Part shown: positions 37,096 to 50,427 of the stretch, one piece after another
How positions within the stretch are numbered: position 1 is the first letter of the stretch
How the letters are laid out: each line of letters starts with the position of its first letter
NCBI GenBank assembly: GCA_032718475.1
Contig: JAUCBJ010001966.1
Span: 1-64,000 of the forward strand
Source: Nemertoderma westbladi
Lineage: Eukaryota; Animalia; Xenacoelomorpha
Length of the DNA: 64,000 nucleotides
Direction: 5' to 3'
Made by a program: the position numbers and the translations under genes
Notes under the pieces: generated by a model
What the model was told of the DNA's origin: nothing
The model's input: the letters and a program-made list of their open reading frames with translations, nothing else
The model's database searches: none

Positions 37096-38142
37096 ATGCC
37101 GACCAAAGGTACCGGTAGTGAAAAATGTAATAAAGGAGGACACCAACTCCAGGGACGGACCGAACTCCACGATGATAAAGTTACTTTAACCTCGATTGTG
37201 GACAAACTGGACGCACTTAGCTCAGATACTAAAGTCATAAAAAACAACACGGTAAAAATGCAACAACAACTAGACCAGCTCCATAAAGAAAATAATCAAC
37301 TACGCAAAGAAAATGAAGATCTAAGGACAGAACTTGACCAGGTTAAAAAGCGACAGGATGACCTCGAGCAGTACGGGAAACGGCATAACATATTGGTACA
37401 TGGAATTACCGAAAACAACGTAGATAACGACAAACGAGTTTTACTCCAATGCCTAGGGGATCTTGGGGTAGATCCTCAATCGGTTGACGTGTTCCATCGC
37501 CTTGGGAAATTAAAAAGTGAGGGAGGTGGCTATACCGGTACTGTTAAACCACGGCCATTTGTTGTTCGATTTAAGTGTCACAGTGATCGTAATGTGGCCT
37601 TCGCAAAAAGAAAAGAAACAGGTAAGAATATATTTATTTCAGAGCATCTGACCAATAATCGGGCCGCATTAGTGCGTGAGGTGGTAGAACTGAAGAAGAA
37701 ACAGCTGGACTTGGGAATTACAACTGTTTATACGGTGAATGGAGTAGTGAAAGTCCGTCTGGAGAACGCCGAATATCCAGTGATTATTCGCAATAACGAC
37801 GATATATGTCAGCTAACGAAAGGGGAAGGTTTCTTACTTGTAGGAAATCGAGTAAGCCACGGTCGTAAGAAATATACGCGCAATGGTGCGAGAGAACGTG
37901 GACCGGGCCAGGCCCAGTTGCAGAATCGTGACGGCCTAACAGGAGTTAGGAATAATAAACCTAATGGCGCCTACCTTACTGATGGCAAAGAAGTGACGAC
38001 GAGATCAACATCCACTTCGAGAATCTCTACTCCTCTACTTAACAGGACAGTTTTGCAGCCCTTGACAGGGATGACCTTTCTGATGTTTCTAATGAGCGTG
38101 AAGATGACGAAGAAGTCGATGATTCTGCGAGTGAACCAGTAG
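37096..38142 (+). CDS. LINE ORF1 (coiled coil + RRM-like)
   Basis: LEQYGKRHNILVHGITE, HRLGK, RPFVVRF, IFISEHLT. Confidence 0.85.
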   Translation: MPTKGTGSEKCNKGGHQLQGRTELHDDKVTLTSIVDKLDALSSDTKVIKNNTVKMQQQLDQLHKENNQLRKENEDLRTELDQVKKRQDDLEQYGKRHNILVHGITENNVDNDKRVLLQCLGDLGVDPQSVDVFHRLGKLKSEGGGYTGTVKPRPFVVRFKCHSDRNVAFAKRKETGKNIFISEHLTNNRAALVREVVELKKKQLDLGITTVYTVNGVVKVRLENAEYPVIIRNNDDICQLTKGEGFLLVGNRVSHGRKKYTRNGARERGPGQAQLQNRDGLTGVRNNKPNGAYLTDGKEVTTRSTSTSRISTPLLNRTVLQPLTGMTFLMFLMSVKMTKKSMILRVNQ

Positions 38143-39203
38143 AGGTTTGATTTGTGATGGATTGTGTTTCTCAACTATCTAACCCACGGCAATAGGAAAT
38201 TCGAATACTTTAGGAATTGCAGTTACTTTATGCCATTATATACATTAGGGTGACACGTCAACTGAACCAAAGTCAATTGAACCATGTCAATTGAACCACG
38301 TCAATTGAACCAACGTCAATTTAACATTGTGTCAATTGAACCAACGTCAATTGAACCACACGTCAATTGAACCATACGTCATTAGAACCAAAGTGTATCA
38401 CCCATCAATTGATCCTAACGTCAATTTAACCAAGCGTCAATTGAACCAAGCATCTATTGAACCAAGCATCAATTGACCCATGCGTCAATTGACCCATGCG
38501 TCAATTGACCCATGCGTCAATTGACCCAAGCATCAATTTAATGAAATGTTAATTTAACCAACAAAATAATAATTATTGCAAATTTTTTATTTTTTAATCG
38601 CGAAATGTTCTACTGGTGGATGAAGATTCTAGGATGATCTATTTTATTCAATGGGGTTGAATAATATTATTGAACACAGACATCAATGTAGTTTAACATT
38701 TTAATGTTCTTTGTTTATTTATTGGATGTATGCCATCGTCCATAGGTATTCTATTTTTTAATTATTCATTAATCATTTCATATTTTCCCAGTGTTATGAT
38801 GCGATTTGGGTCATCGTTGCCTGTATCATGTAAAACAATGTCCATGAAATGTTCTGGAATTGTAAACTTAACGTTTGTCGGATTTGGTATTGCAACACTA
38901 CTTTCTAATCTGGCTCTTTGTATTGTCCTATACATTTGTGTTTTTCTTGGCATTTGTGATAGAATTGAATTGTCGATATTTTCCAGGCATGTCCCCAAAA
39001 TTGTACGTGTAGTCAATAACCCCTCTTTGGCCTTTGATTTCACTTCCGATATTATTTTGTTCGCTTCTGTCTTTAAGATCTCAGCACTATGTGAGTGTTC
39101 ACCAGATTCTTTTTTTATATCCTTGCCTTTTGTTATCATGGTAGCTTTGCATTTGTACTTTCGATAGGCTCTACACCTCCAGTTTTTCATTCCATCTTTT
39201 TCC

Positions 39204-40504
39204 GATTTCCGAAATTTACTTTTGCACTTTAGGTCCCCACCCCTAGATTTTTTTTGTGTGTGTTTTTTATGCAAATTACACTACTACAAGGTTAGTGTGA
39301 CTATCTAGGAACATTTTTGGTATAAAAAATGTTAGATTATGTTGCACCCCCGATCAACCCTAACCCAAAACAAAAAGGTTTATTTATTTATTTTTATTTA
39401 AAATAGTCAAGCGTTAAATCATTTTATGTAATTAAATAGCTAAAAAAAAGTACCGGTAAATTTATTTAATAAAATAGAATTCCTTGACATTGCTGAAAAA
39501 TGCCTCCATCTTGTTCAGCTTTGTTTTATTTTTTTCCCTCCACATGAACTCGATGAGATAACTTTCTAGCAGTAGTCTATGAGTTCCGCATTCTCTCTTG
39601 TTTCGGTTCTTTGCACGCATCCACATATTCTCCACTGACTGCGTATGAGCTCCAGTGTCAGGATCAACGAAATTTTTGCTGTGGTTGACTGTCTCGTGAT
39701 GGTAGCCTTCCGGAAGGTTTTCAATGCCGTTATAGGCCGCCCAGAGATCCGACATTATTATAGTGTTCGGGTGAATATACTCCTGTATTATTGGAAGCAG
39801 CGTTTCAGCTGATCGATTCTCAACAGGCACCAGAAATACTTCTTTAGTTTCACGATCAATACCGCCAAAAACCCACTGCTGTGTTACAACACGACCAACA
39901 TTACCAACATTTTTCTTCTAACAAATAGGCTCTCATCAATTTCAACTGTCCTACCATCGCCACCAATAACCACAGGATGCTTTATCAACATTTCTGCGCA
40001 AATATCCCTATGGAATTGCTTCCAATCGACATATGTATGTTCTGACCATCCAAGCTCTCTCTTAATCTTCTCAAAAGAAGACTCTTGATTCACCCAATAG
40101 TATGAAAATTCCAACAATGAAGAGATGCTCAAATGAGACCGTTCAAAGAATGAATCCTTGCGTATAGATAACTCTTTTCTACATGGTCGAGGGCAACGCC
40201 ACATCTCGCCATCTATAACGGTCTTTGATCTTAATTGCATCTGATTGCCACATGATGAACAATCCTTAGCCGAATATATTAAACAATTATCCCGACACCA
40301 ATTTAAAGTTTTTTCAAGTGAACTAGTGTGGTAAATGAGCTCACGAATAGAGTTCATTTTAGGCTACTGCTTTTATTAAAAATGTTAAACTGAATACATA
40401 AAAATGTTCTCAGATAATGCTATTCATATTCTAGAACATAATAATATTATGTTTCCTTGATATAAAAAAATCTGGGTGGTGGGGACCTAAAGTGCAAAAG
40501 TACC
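39204..40504 (-). mobile_element. Merlin (IS1016-like) DNA transposon nested in the MULE transposase
   Basis: 8-bp TSD CTTTTTCC (39196-203, 40505-12); TIR TACTTTTGCACTTTAGGTCCCCACC. Confidence 0.9.
39462..40357 (-). pseudogene. Merlin DDE transposase with one frameshift near 39905
   Basis: Zn ribbon CSSCG..WRC, VEIDES, WVFGG, SDLWAAY, TVNHS..HTQSVE. Confidence 0.9.
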
Positions 40505-41482
40505 CTTTTTCCACTCTTAATATATATTTGTACCCGTTATAACTTACAACTTCGCCACCCCGCTCCAACTTGTAGTTTTCCATTGCTTATTTTATTTTGT
40601 CTGCATGTAATAACTCTTTTCACTCTTATATTTTAGTGAAATGTTCAACTATGCTTTTTTAAGATTCTAGAATTAATTTTTTTAATCACTATAGTTTTTA
40701 ATTGAATTATTTTTCTTTATTTGTAGTGTATTTTTCACAACACTGATAGGAATTAATTTCATTGATTCTTTATTTGATTATGGGTTTATTTATGCTTGGT
40801 TCAATTGACGTTTGGTTCAATTGACGTTTGGTTCAACTGACGTTTGGTTCAATTGCCACTTGGTTCAACTGACACTTGGTTCAATTGACGCTTGGTTCAA
40901 TTGACGCTTGGTTCAATTGACGCTTGGTTCAATTGCAGCTGGTTTAATTGACGCTGGGTCAATTGACGCATGGTTCAATTGACGTGTTTCAATTGACGTA
41001 GTTCAATTGACGTTGGTTCAATTTACATGGAACCATACATTAGATTACCTAAGCTTTACTCTAAGTGTATTAGTACTTTACGTTAGTGCCATTTTTAAAT
41101 ATTTTTGTTGTTATTTAAATAGGTTATGGAATTGAGCAGGATTCAACAGGCCATCCTCTCCCCATATAGGAATAATAGTACCACTACTAATTGTTCCTAT
41201 TGTTAGTCGTAACAACCAGCTGTCTCAAACACCCTTGCCCCTTTTTTTTGAGTATTAGTATATGTCCTCAGCTACCTTTCACCCCACCCCCCCCCCCCCC
41301 CTATATGTTGCGGTTTTTGTTATAGCCAGATTAAACTAAATAAGAAACTTTTTCAATGTAATTTTTGTTGCCAGTCATTTCACCTTCAATGTGGCAGCTA
41401 TTTAACAGAAAATGACCTAAGAAGCCAGCAAAGCGATGTAAACTGGTGTGTATTTTGTTATCCAACTATTTTTCCCTTTCAT

Positions 41483-44400
41483 ATGGTTTGTGATGATGAT
41501 GAAGATATATTTGCAAATATTGATGCAGATAACATCCCCACCCTAGACCTTCTTGATAAATTTTTCAGGGACATTGATCCAGATTTAAATTTACTAAATT
41601 GTGAAACATCAAAGGACTATTACTCTGAGAATAGATTTGATAAGGAGTTTTTGGAACGCAGCAACGACTCCATTTCCATTTTTCACCTGAATATTCGTAG
41701 TCTCATGTCTAATTTTTCAGCAATGACTGATTATCTCAACGCTTTGGAGACTAAAATTGACCTTTTATGTTTCACCGAAACATTTTTAACAAAGGATTCT
41801 CTTATTGAAAACATTAATATAACTGGTTATCAAAAGCCAGTCTGCGGATTTCGGGAATATGGTGAACTTAAAAGGGGGGGAACCGCAGTATATGTCCGGG
41901 AGGAATTGGAAAGAATCGAGCGAACCGATTTGACGATAAATGGGCCAGAAAATACGTGGATAGAGATAACTAGGCCGCACCCACTTAAACCATTAATTGT
42001 TGGGTGTATTTATCGACCTGACACGATTAATGTTGAAACTTTTTTAAGCGATTTAGATGGGATGTTATCTTCATTGGCAGCTCAAAATTATGATGTGGTG
42101 CTGTGTGGGGATTTCAATATTGATCTTCTATAAAAATAAATTGATTTCTGAAAATTATCTTAACATACTTCACTCTAACGGTTTCAATCAATTAATTAAA
42201 CAGGCTACCAGAATTACAAAATTTTCCAAAACTTTAATAGATCATTTTAGTACAAATATAACTTCAGCTGTATGTTCTTCAGGCGTTCTTCTTACAGAAA
42301 TAGGCACTACTGATCATTTACCATCTTTTATTGTTTTGACAAAATATTCATCTTATTTCAAACCAGTAGCATCAAAACAAACATTTGATTACTCAAAATT
42401 TAAATCCACCCTATTTCTCGAGAGCTTGCAAAATATAAACAATTGGTCCTATAACAAAAATAGCGGAATATCAAATAATAATAAATTTGACCTATTTTAT
42501 ACGGATTTTGAGAATATATGTAAAAACCATCTTCCAACTAAAATAATTTCTAAAAAAAATATACCGCGTAAGCCCTGGTTAACTCCATCCTTAATTAAAT
42601 CAATTAATAAAAAAAATAAATTATATGGTAAATACGTTTCTAACCCTACAGAAAAAAATCATTCTAAGTATAAAGTGTATCGCAACAGTCTTACGACAAT
42701 TATACGTCAAACCGAGAAAACATATTATAGTAATCAATTTGAAAAAAATAAATCTAACATGAAGAAAACTTGGAGAACTATTAACACAGCCCTTCATAAA
42801 TCTACAAAAAATAAAATACCGAACAAACTCATAATTAAAAATAATCTAAATAATGATATTACAATTAGTGATTCCCAAGATATAGCTAATGAATTTAATA
42901 ATTTCTTTACTTCTATCGGACCAGAGCTTTCAAGTATTATTCCTTCATCGCCACGCTGTCCAACAAGACACATTAATCATAAAAAATTTAATTCTTTTTC
43001 GCTAATAGAAACAACACCGGTTGAGGTTCAGTATCTTTTGTTACACCTCAGTGACGACTCTGCTACTAATGACTCTTTTCCGGTAAAATTAGTTAAATTA
43101 GCCGCGCTTACTTTAAGTCTACACTTGTCAGACCTTATAAACTCCAGTATTCGTTCCGGTATATTTCCTGACAGTTTAAAACAAGCAAAGGTGATACCCG
43201 CTTACAAGGGTGGGTCTCCTACAGACACATCAAATTATCGCCCGATATCACTTTTACCTATGTTTAGTAAAATCTATGAGACTATAATTTGTTCACAACT
43301 TACATCTTACCTAGAGTTTAATAAGATACTCAGCCCTAATCAATTTGGCTTCAGGAAAAAATCTACAACTTCTGAAGCAATTTTGCAAATAGTTGAAAAG
43401 CTGCGCTCGGTTCTTGATTCAACTGACTCAGCCTGTGTTGTTTATATAGACTTGCGGAAGGCCTTTGATACCATCGACCATACAATTTTATTAAAAAAAT
43501 TACATTGTTATGGTATCAGAGGCCTCCCGCATGCTACGTTTTCAAGTTACTTAGCTAACCATTCACAATGAGTTTCTATAGGTAGTAGCACCACGTCATC
43601 ATATAAATCGATATTATGTGGAATTCCTCAGGGCAGTATTCTGGGTCCACTTTTATTTTTGTTATATATTAATGACCTACCTAATTGCAGTAACTTTTTA
43701 ACTACATTGTTTGCAGACGACACCTCATTAATGACACATTCTCACAAACTTCTAGACCTGATTGACTCAACGAATTTAAATTTGAATGCAATATCCGACT
43801 GGTTAATAGATAACAAATTATCACCTGTTACTGACAAAACAGAGTATACCATCTACAGTAACTCTAAATCAAGACAATGCATTTTACCACCAATTAAAAT
43901 CAAAGATAAAATTCTTAAAAAAACGGGGACTGCAAAATACTTAGGTATCCTAATTGATAATAATCTAAATTTCAGATATCATATAACCCTTAAAATTTTA
44001 TTTATTTTAATTCTAAAAGGTTTAATTATAGAAGAATAAGTACTTCCCCATACAATTAACCCATATTGCACATAGGGGTAAATTAGTGAAAAAAAACAGT
44101 GTATGTAAAATATGTAACGGGAAAATATGACGTAAGCGATAAAAAAGTCCAGCAGATTTTGAGATTTTTTTAAGAATATATTCTTAAAAAAATCTCAAAA
44201 TCTGCTGGACTTTTTTATCGCTTACGTCATATTTTCCCGTTACATATTTTAAATTACGCAAAAAGTCCAGCAGATTTTGAGATTTTTTTAAGAATATATT
44301 CTTAAAAAAATCTCAAAATCTGCTGGACTTTTTTATCGCTTACGTCATATTTTCCCGTTACATATTTTACATACACTGTTTTTTTTCACTAATTTACCCC

Positions 44401-44853
44401 TATGTGCAATATGGGTTAATTGTATGGGGAAGTACTTATTCTTCTATAATTAAACCTTTTAGAATTAAAATAAATAAAATTTTAAGGGTTATGACGTTTA
44501 GCCACTTCCAAGAGTCATCCCTCCCATTGTATCGAAAGCTAAATATATTGCCAGTTGAAAATTTATATAAATATCAAGTTTGCAGCATTATGTACGACGT
44601 TAGCCGAGATTTATCCTCGCCCTTATCACAATTATTTACTAAACTTTCAACACATCACTCATATAACACAAGAGCTGCAGCAGCGGGAGGCTTTCATTTC
44701 CCAAGGGTAAGTCTAAATATAGCGCACCAATCGTTAGCAATGCAAGGTCCCAAACTGTGGAATACCTTAGACCCAGAAATTCGACGTATACCTAATAAAT
44801 CTATTTTTTTGAAAAAATTAAAATCGTTTTACCTATATTCTCAAAACCGTTAG
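41483..44853 (+). pseudogene. LINE ORF2 (APE endonuclease + RT), disrupted
   Basis: HLNIRS, TET, GDFN, DH, KPW, NYRPISLL, KAFD, PQGSILGP, FADD, KYLG. Frameshift ~42130, stop 43569-71, fold-back insertion 43983-44296. Confidence 0.92.
43983..44492. repeat. Fold-back inverted duplication with nested perfect palindromes
   Basis: 43983-44178 is the reverse complement of 44297-44492; palindromes at 44107-44250 and 44259-44334. Confidence 0.92.
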
Positions 44854-46502
44854 AATCTGTTAAGGGTACTAATAAATTAACTAAAAACAAGTACTAACTA
44901 TCTCCTTCACACAATCTTTTAATTTAATATAACAAAGTTTCAACATTGATTTAATCTGGGCCTTCATTCACAAACTATTTTGTTATTTAGCAGTCTTGTT
45001 TTATTGAACCGTACTGTTTTTGTTATACACAACACACCTTGTCTATTGTCAATCTCCGTATATATATATACTTTTATGTATGTATGTAATTTATAATGTG
45101 GTTATGTATCAATTGTACCTTACTGTCATTTGGGTGATTCGTTTATATCTTTGTTTATGTTTTTGTTTTTTTCTTTTTGGCTTTGCTGGCAAGTTCATCT
45201 GTTTTTTTCTTCTTAGTTCTTTCTTATATAGTAAATAATATTATAATATTCTTAGGTTCCGCATCCCTACCCTACCTCACCAACCACCCCCCCCCCTCCC
45301 CCACCAACCACCCCATTAGGTAGATAGTTACTTACTAGCGTTGCTATAAAACTATCTCCCTACCACTTTATATTATACAGAAATTATGGTGTTAAATTGT
45401 TTGTGAATTTATTTTGTGGAAAATAAACTTATCTTATCTAGTAGTTATTGTTCTAGTAGTTCTCAATACATTGCAAGTCAAATTCTTATTTGACGACACT
45501 GCTACCGGGGTATACTACACATCCTCGACTGGTACAAATTGTCTGACAGCAGGGTCCCTGAACGAAACCGGAAGTCTAATTGGAAGGGAGGTAGATATTC
45601 TACTAGGGAGGCACCTAAGGATCGGATATGGGTCTTTCGATATTCTCACCCCCATGATGAAAGATATCCCTTCAGTGACAGAACATCCAGTAAGCAACCG
45701 AGGGTGGACTCTCTATAGCCGAGGGGCACTTGTATAATAACTAATAATCACGAACCCCATCCTCTTATAATATATAACTCTGTAGTAGTCAGTAGCAGTA
45801 GTAATAATAGTAGTAGTAGTAGTAGTATAAGTAGTAAGTAATAGTAAAGGAGATCGGTTTAAACCAAAGTGATAAAGTAACATTATTATATAACGTAATC
45901 ATATAGACAAAGTAGAATAAGATACAGATTCATAATTATTTTATCAAACTCATGTACTACTTACTTCAATGTGCCAATTGTAACAATAATTAAACATATT
46001 ATTCCGATTAATCTGCGTTTGGCCCTATAAGATATTATACTGAAGTGTTTTATATCAATATATCCATGCGAGTAAACAAGAAGTGAAGTAAATGTTTATT
46101 ATTATAGTTTTAGAAATTGAATGATATACCCAAGATAGTGAAATAGATAATATACAAGAAATTGCCATTTGATCAGATATATCAAAGCGGCGTCTTTAGT
46201 ATAATACCGTAATAGTATCAATTAACTCTGTTATACAATGTAAATATACTAAATCTATTTATAAATATATTATGAGCCCTACATTGTATATTTCTCCTAC
46301 AGGTAGACAATGTAGTATGTTAAAACTTGATATAATTTGGTATAATGTATAACATATTACAAATAAGACTGAGGCAGCTAAACTATATTGCAAAGAAATC
46401 AAATATCCTAAAGTAATATACTAGACCCTCCCTCCACCCTATAAATAGTGTTCACCACCTACCCCACCCACCGCCCTTATTACTTCATAATAATGAAAGA
46501 TA

Positions 46503-48503
46503 GTACTGGCGCTCCGGTCACTCCGTTCCCTCCGCTGGGGGGGTTAAGTTGTAGGTTTTGACACTATGCAAAATCCGAGCACAGAGTTAGAAGCGCATTG
46601 GATAGGCGAACATTTCTTGCAGTGAAAGTATTTCCATACCTATTATAGTTTTCGAGATAGTCAGACATGAGTAGCTAAAATTTGAATTTTTTTGGTAAAG
46701 TCTGATTTCACCGGTACCTATCATCCGAAATATGGATTGTGATATATCGTTAGATGCGGGTCCACTAACTGTACATTCACATATTTTCAAGGAAAAAATT
46801 CGATCAAGGGTTTTCGAAATATTTTCGAATTACCGGAAGCAGACTTTGGACGACCATATCTCCGGTACCGGTAGGCCTATTGAGTCGAAATTTTTTTTAA
46901 TCTACTTAGAACACTCCAGTGAATGTTTTTTAGTTTGAAAGTTTTGCCCCAAAATGCTCAGAAGTAATTTCGAAAAAACTGATCATTTCGCGATCATGAT
47001 CTTTTGACCCCCTAGAATTGAACTTTTTTATGGTCAAATTTTGGCTACCCCCCCTAATTCGAGGGTGAGGAATCTTTTTGTAATGTTAAGTTTTTTCATA
47101 CGGTGAACTCACAGGACTTGGTCTTCGAAATAAAACCGAAAACATGATCTTTCCTGATCATGGCCTGATCAAATCGCTTTTTGAAAATTTTGAAATTCTC
47201 AAAAGTTGCCCCTTCTTAATAGAAGTCGATTAGTAAAAAAAAAATCGGGGGTCTCAAACAAAGTTTTAGAGAAAATCGGGAAAAACTGAAAAACACGATC
47301 TTTTATGATCAGGAAGCTGATCTCGAGAACTGGTTGCCCGATCGAGCCAATTTTTTTTTTAATCAACTCAGAATAGACCATTGCACATTTCTTACAATGA
47401 ATGTTTATTAGAAAAATGCTTAGATTCGATTTTAAATATACTGATCTTTTCGCGATCATGATCTTGAGTTTTGACCCACTAGACTTGAACTTTTTTATGC
47501 CCAAATTTTGGCTACCCCCCATAATTCGAGGGCGAGGAATCTTTTTGCGATGTTAAGTTTTTCCATACGGTGAACTCCCAGGACTTGGTCTTCAAAATAA
47601 AACCGAAAACACGATCTTTTCTGATCGCGGCCTGATCAAATCGCTTTTTGAAAATTTCGAAATGCTCAAACGTTGCCCCTTCATCATAGAAGTCGATTCG
47701 TAAAAAAAAATCGGGGGTTTCAAACAAAGTTTTCGAGAAAATTTGAAAAAACCGAAAAATATCATCTTTAATGATCAGGTATCAGATCTCGAGAACCGGT
47801 TGTCCGATCGGGCCAATGTTTTTTTTAATCGACTCAGGGCGGTGTTCTGAACGTTTCCTACAGTAATTGTTTATATCCAAAATGCTAAGTTACGATTTTA
47901 CAAAGTCCAATCTTTGCGCGATCATGATCTTGCGTTTTGACCGGGAAGAATTCCCTTTTTTTAAAATCTTTTAACGGGAATCATGACTAATGTGGGGTCG
48001 CTGAATCTTTTTGTAATGTTAAGTTTTTCGATTGGAGCAAGCCTTGAGTGTCCGATTGCTGATCAAAACTGATCTTTGCTGATCATGGTCAAGATCATGA
48101 TCGGATCACTCTCAACTTTTTCATTTGAATGTAAACCCATATGCTGCCTATCGATTGGCGCCGGTCCCAAGTCCGTAGCATTAGCGGTTCTGGACTTATC
48201 TCCATAGCAACGTGGTTGCTAGGGAAGCGGACTTTTTGACTCAAATTGGCCCTAGCCGGAGAACCGTAGACTTTTTTAAAACATTATGTATGGCAAAAAG
48301 TCTTCTGGATAAATTTTGGGGGGGGTCTAGGAACATCCTATTGTTCGTTTTCGCTTAGTTGCTGAGATCCTCTCGTCCCCCAAATCCCAGGATTCTATAA
48401 AGGCATTCTGCTGGACTAGTTCCGTGGCCGGAATAGTGTTCGGTGTTCTGCGAACAGAGAACCTAATCGGTTTAGGGCCGTGACCGTCCAGATGGCCATG
48501 TTT
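46503..48503. mobile_element. Non-autonomous Helitron/Helentron-like element with ~467-bp internal tandem units
   Basis: CGCGATCATGATCTT recurs at ~46990, 47451 and 47917; GC-rich hairpin-like ends; boundaries approximate. Confidence 0.5.
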
Positions 48504-48808
48504 TACAACGTGCTGAACATTTTAGTATAGGTTTGATGACAATTGAGTAAAAAATAAACAAGTAGTTGGGAATTTAGTGATGAAAAAGTCAAAATCGACA
48601 AACTGAAAAAGGGTTGTTTTATACATAGTCATGAATAACAGCCATAAATACTGTTGTAGAAAGTAGAGTTTAGTGGTCAAAAATCATTCAATGGTGAAAA
48701 CCGATGTAACCACATGTAAGCCCTTCTATCAATCTAATTTTGTAAATTTACTGAAAATTTCACTCCATTGGAGGTAATAGTCCCCTTAAACGGTTAATTA
48801 TATTCCAG

Positions 48809-48927
48809 AGGTGTAAGCTACACAGGTTCCCCCATAATGTTACTACCAGGCTTCTATGGAGATGAATTGGGTATCAACACAATCACCTCTATTAAACTCG
48901 TATGTGAAGAAGCTAAAAAGGTGGATG
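48809..48927 (+). CDS. Host gene exon: crystallin motif 4
   Basis: TTCCAG acceptor; GVSYTG..LLPGFY..NTITSIKLV; G|GTTAGT phase 1. Confidence 0.8.
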
Positions 48928-49240
48928 GTTAGTTAATGTTGCATAAAATGGATCTTACCAAACAAAAATGAGCTGAACATGAAAATAAATTTTATACTGA
49001 ATAGAAAGAGTACCCACATATGTTTTACTGTATTTAGTACCTATGCTTTATACCTATATTGAAATGAACACCGTTTATAAATCAAAAATCTCTAAAAACC
49101 CCACCACCAGAACAACCTATCAAATGCAATATAAATAACAGACAGACAATTAAAATTTGACATGAGAAATTTAAACTGTAAAACATATCATCCAACCTAT
49201 AGACCTACAACTACATCCAACCAACCGACCAGCCACCTGG

Positions 49241-50055
49241 CTACGGCTGTGAAGTTAGGCCGGCCCCATCCTGCAGTCCCAGGCCACTGCGCCACTTGGT
49301 GCGCAACCCGCGCAGGCAGTGGGAGGTCCCACGGACAACTGCAAACAGCACTCGCGAGTGTACCCAACCCATGACGGACGAGTAAGGCTTACCCCACAAG
49401 CGGTGCAGTCTGTCCGCGATTATCCGCAGGAATCTGTTCGCCTGCGTGGCCAACACACCATCACAGGAAACCACGAAAGGCAAGAAGTCTCCACGACGAG
49501 CAGTTACTGCGGCTAAATAAAGCCGTTTCTTCTCGTCTTCCACGGATTCCAACACGGACATGGAGGTGCGGTTAACGTACGACCCGGTGTCAAGATTGGT
49601 TGATCGAATATCAAACAACGCCTGAGTCTGTATGTTAAACGTGCCCCGCACCCCCACGTCACACCGCAGTCCAGCCATGTCTCACCCCTCCAGCTGCTCC
49701 CACACCATGGGATCCAACGTGACGTTGCACGGCCCAAACGCGAGCGCAGCGAGGTCGCCAACGGTGTCCCGCAACTCATTGTGACGTTGGATCACGAGGC
49801 CGCCCTTCTTGCAGTTCAACCCATGGTTCTGGTCGAATGCGGCCCCACACCCGTCACAACGGCTCGGCACTCCCAGGAGGGGTCTACCATACCGCACTGC
49901 CAGACCGTCACGGAACTCCTGTGGAGACAGGTCGTAATGGTGTTCAGTCAGTGGGAGAGTCGACGTCCTGGCGCCGCTTTTAAACTCAGCAGCTCTCCGG
50001 ATAGTCTGCTGACGCCTCTCCGACATCCTCTCAAGTGCCTCCTCAAACTCCCCCT
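49241..50055 (-). mobile_element. 5'-truncated CRE-clade non-LTR retrotransposon (Zn knuckle + restriction-like endonuclease)
   Basis: EFRDGLAVRY, CDGCG..H..C..GG...RHN, RCD..FD.., EKKR.Y, F.PFVVS.DG; one stop at ~49682. Confidence 0.8.
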
Positions 50056-50238
50056 ATACTGAATAGATCATTAGGTAGTGGAAAACTTAATGGAAACATC
50101 TTTATAGTACTACTTCTGTTCTACATTGTGTTCATATATATTAAATAAAAAAACTACTTTTAATAAAAACTCATCATACGTCTTACAGTATCGGGCTTGA
50201 AAAATGTAATACTGTATAATGATAACTTTTTACTCAAG

Positions 50239-50427
50239 ATGAAGAGTGTCGAACCAATTCCGGCCCAAGACCGTTCAGGAATTGCGTTATCCCGTTTACC
50301 CATGAAGACTTCGAGTACAATGAATGTAAAGCGATTTCTATTGATCAAAGTTGGTGCCCAACTTCAGTTGATGGGAATGGAATGATTGTAGCTGGGAACT
50401 GGGGCTACTGCCCTGCAGAATGTCCAG
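50239..50427 (+). CDS. Host gene exon: fibronectin type II domain
   Basis: 189 nt, phase 1-1; C..CVIPFTHEDFEYNEC..WCPT..GNWGYC; CAG|GTAAGT. Confidence 0.88.

Larger units (their letters stand above)
38249..41034 (-). mobile_element. Mutator-like (MULE) element, internally deleted
   Basis: 9-bp TSD ATACATTAG (38240-48, 41035-43). GG..CC ends. Inverted arrays of GTCAATTGAACC subrepeats. FLYWCH domain (YNGYKY..WRC..CKA..HSH) from ATG 40583 once Merlin is removed. Confidence 0.88.
37096..45439 (+). mobile_element. CR1/L2-group LINE (ORF1 + APE-RT ORF2), degenerate; 5' boundary lies somewhat upstream and is not defined
   Basis: ORF1, ORF2, and 3' UTR with AATAAA and (CTTAT)n tail. Confidence 0.85.

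Noticed and set aside
45414-45737. 107-aa ORF as an extra host exon
   Set aside because: No recognisable domain, and exons 34112 and 48809 already join in frame within a crystallin motif.
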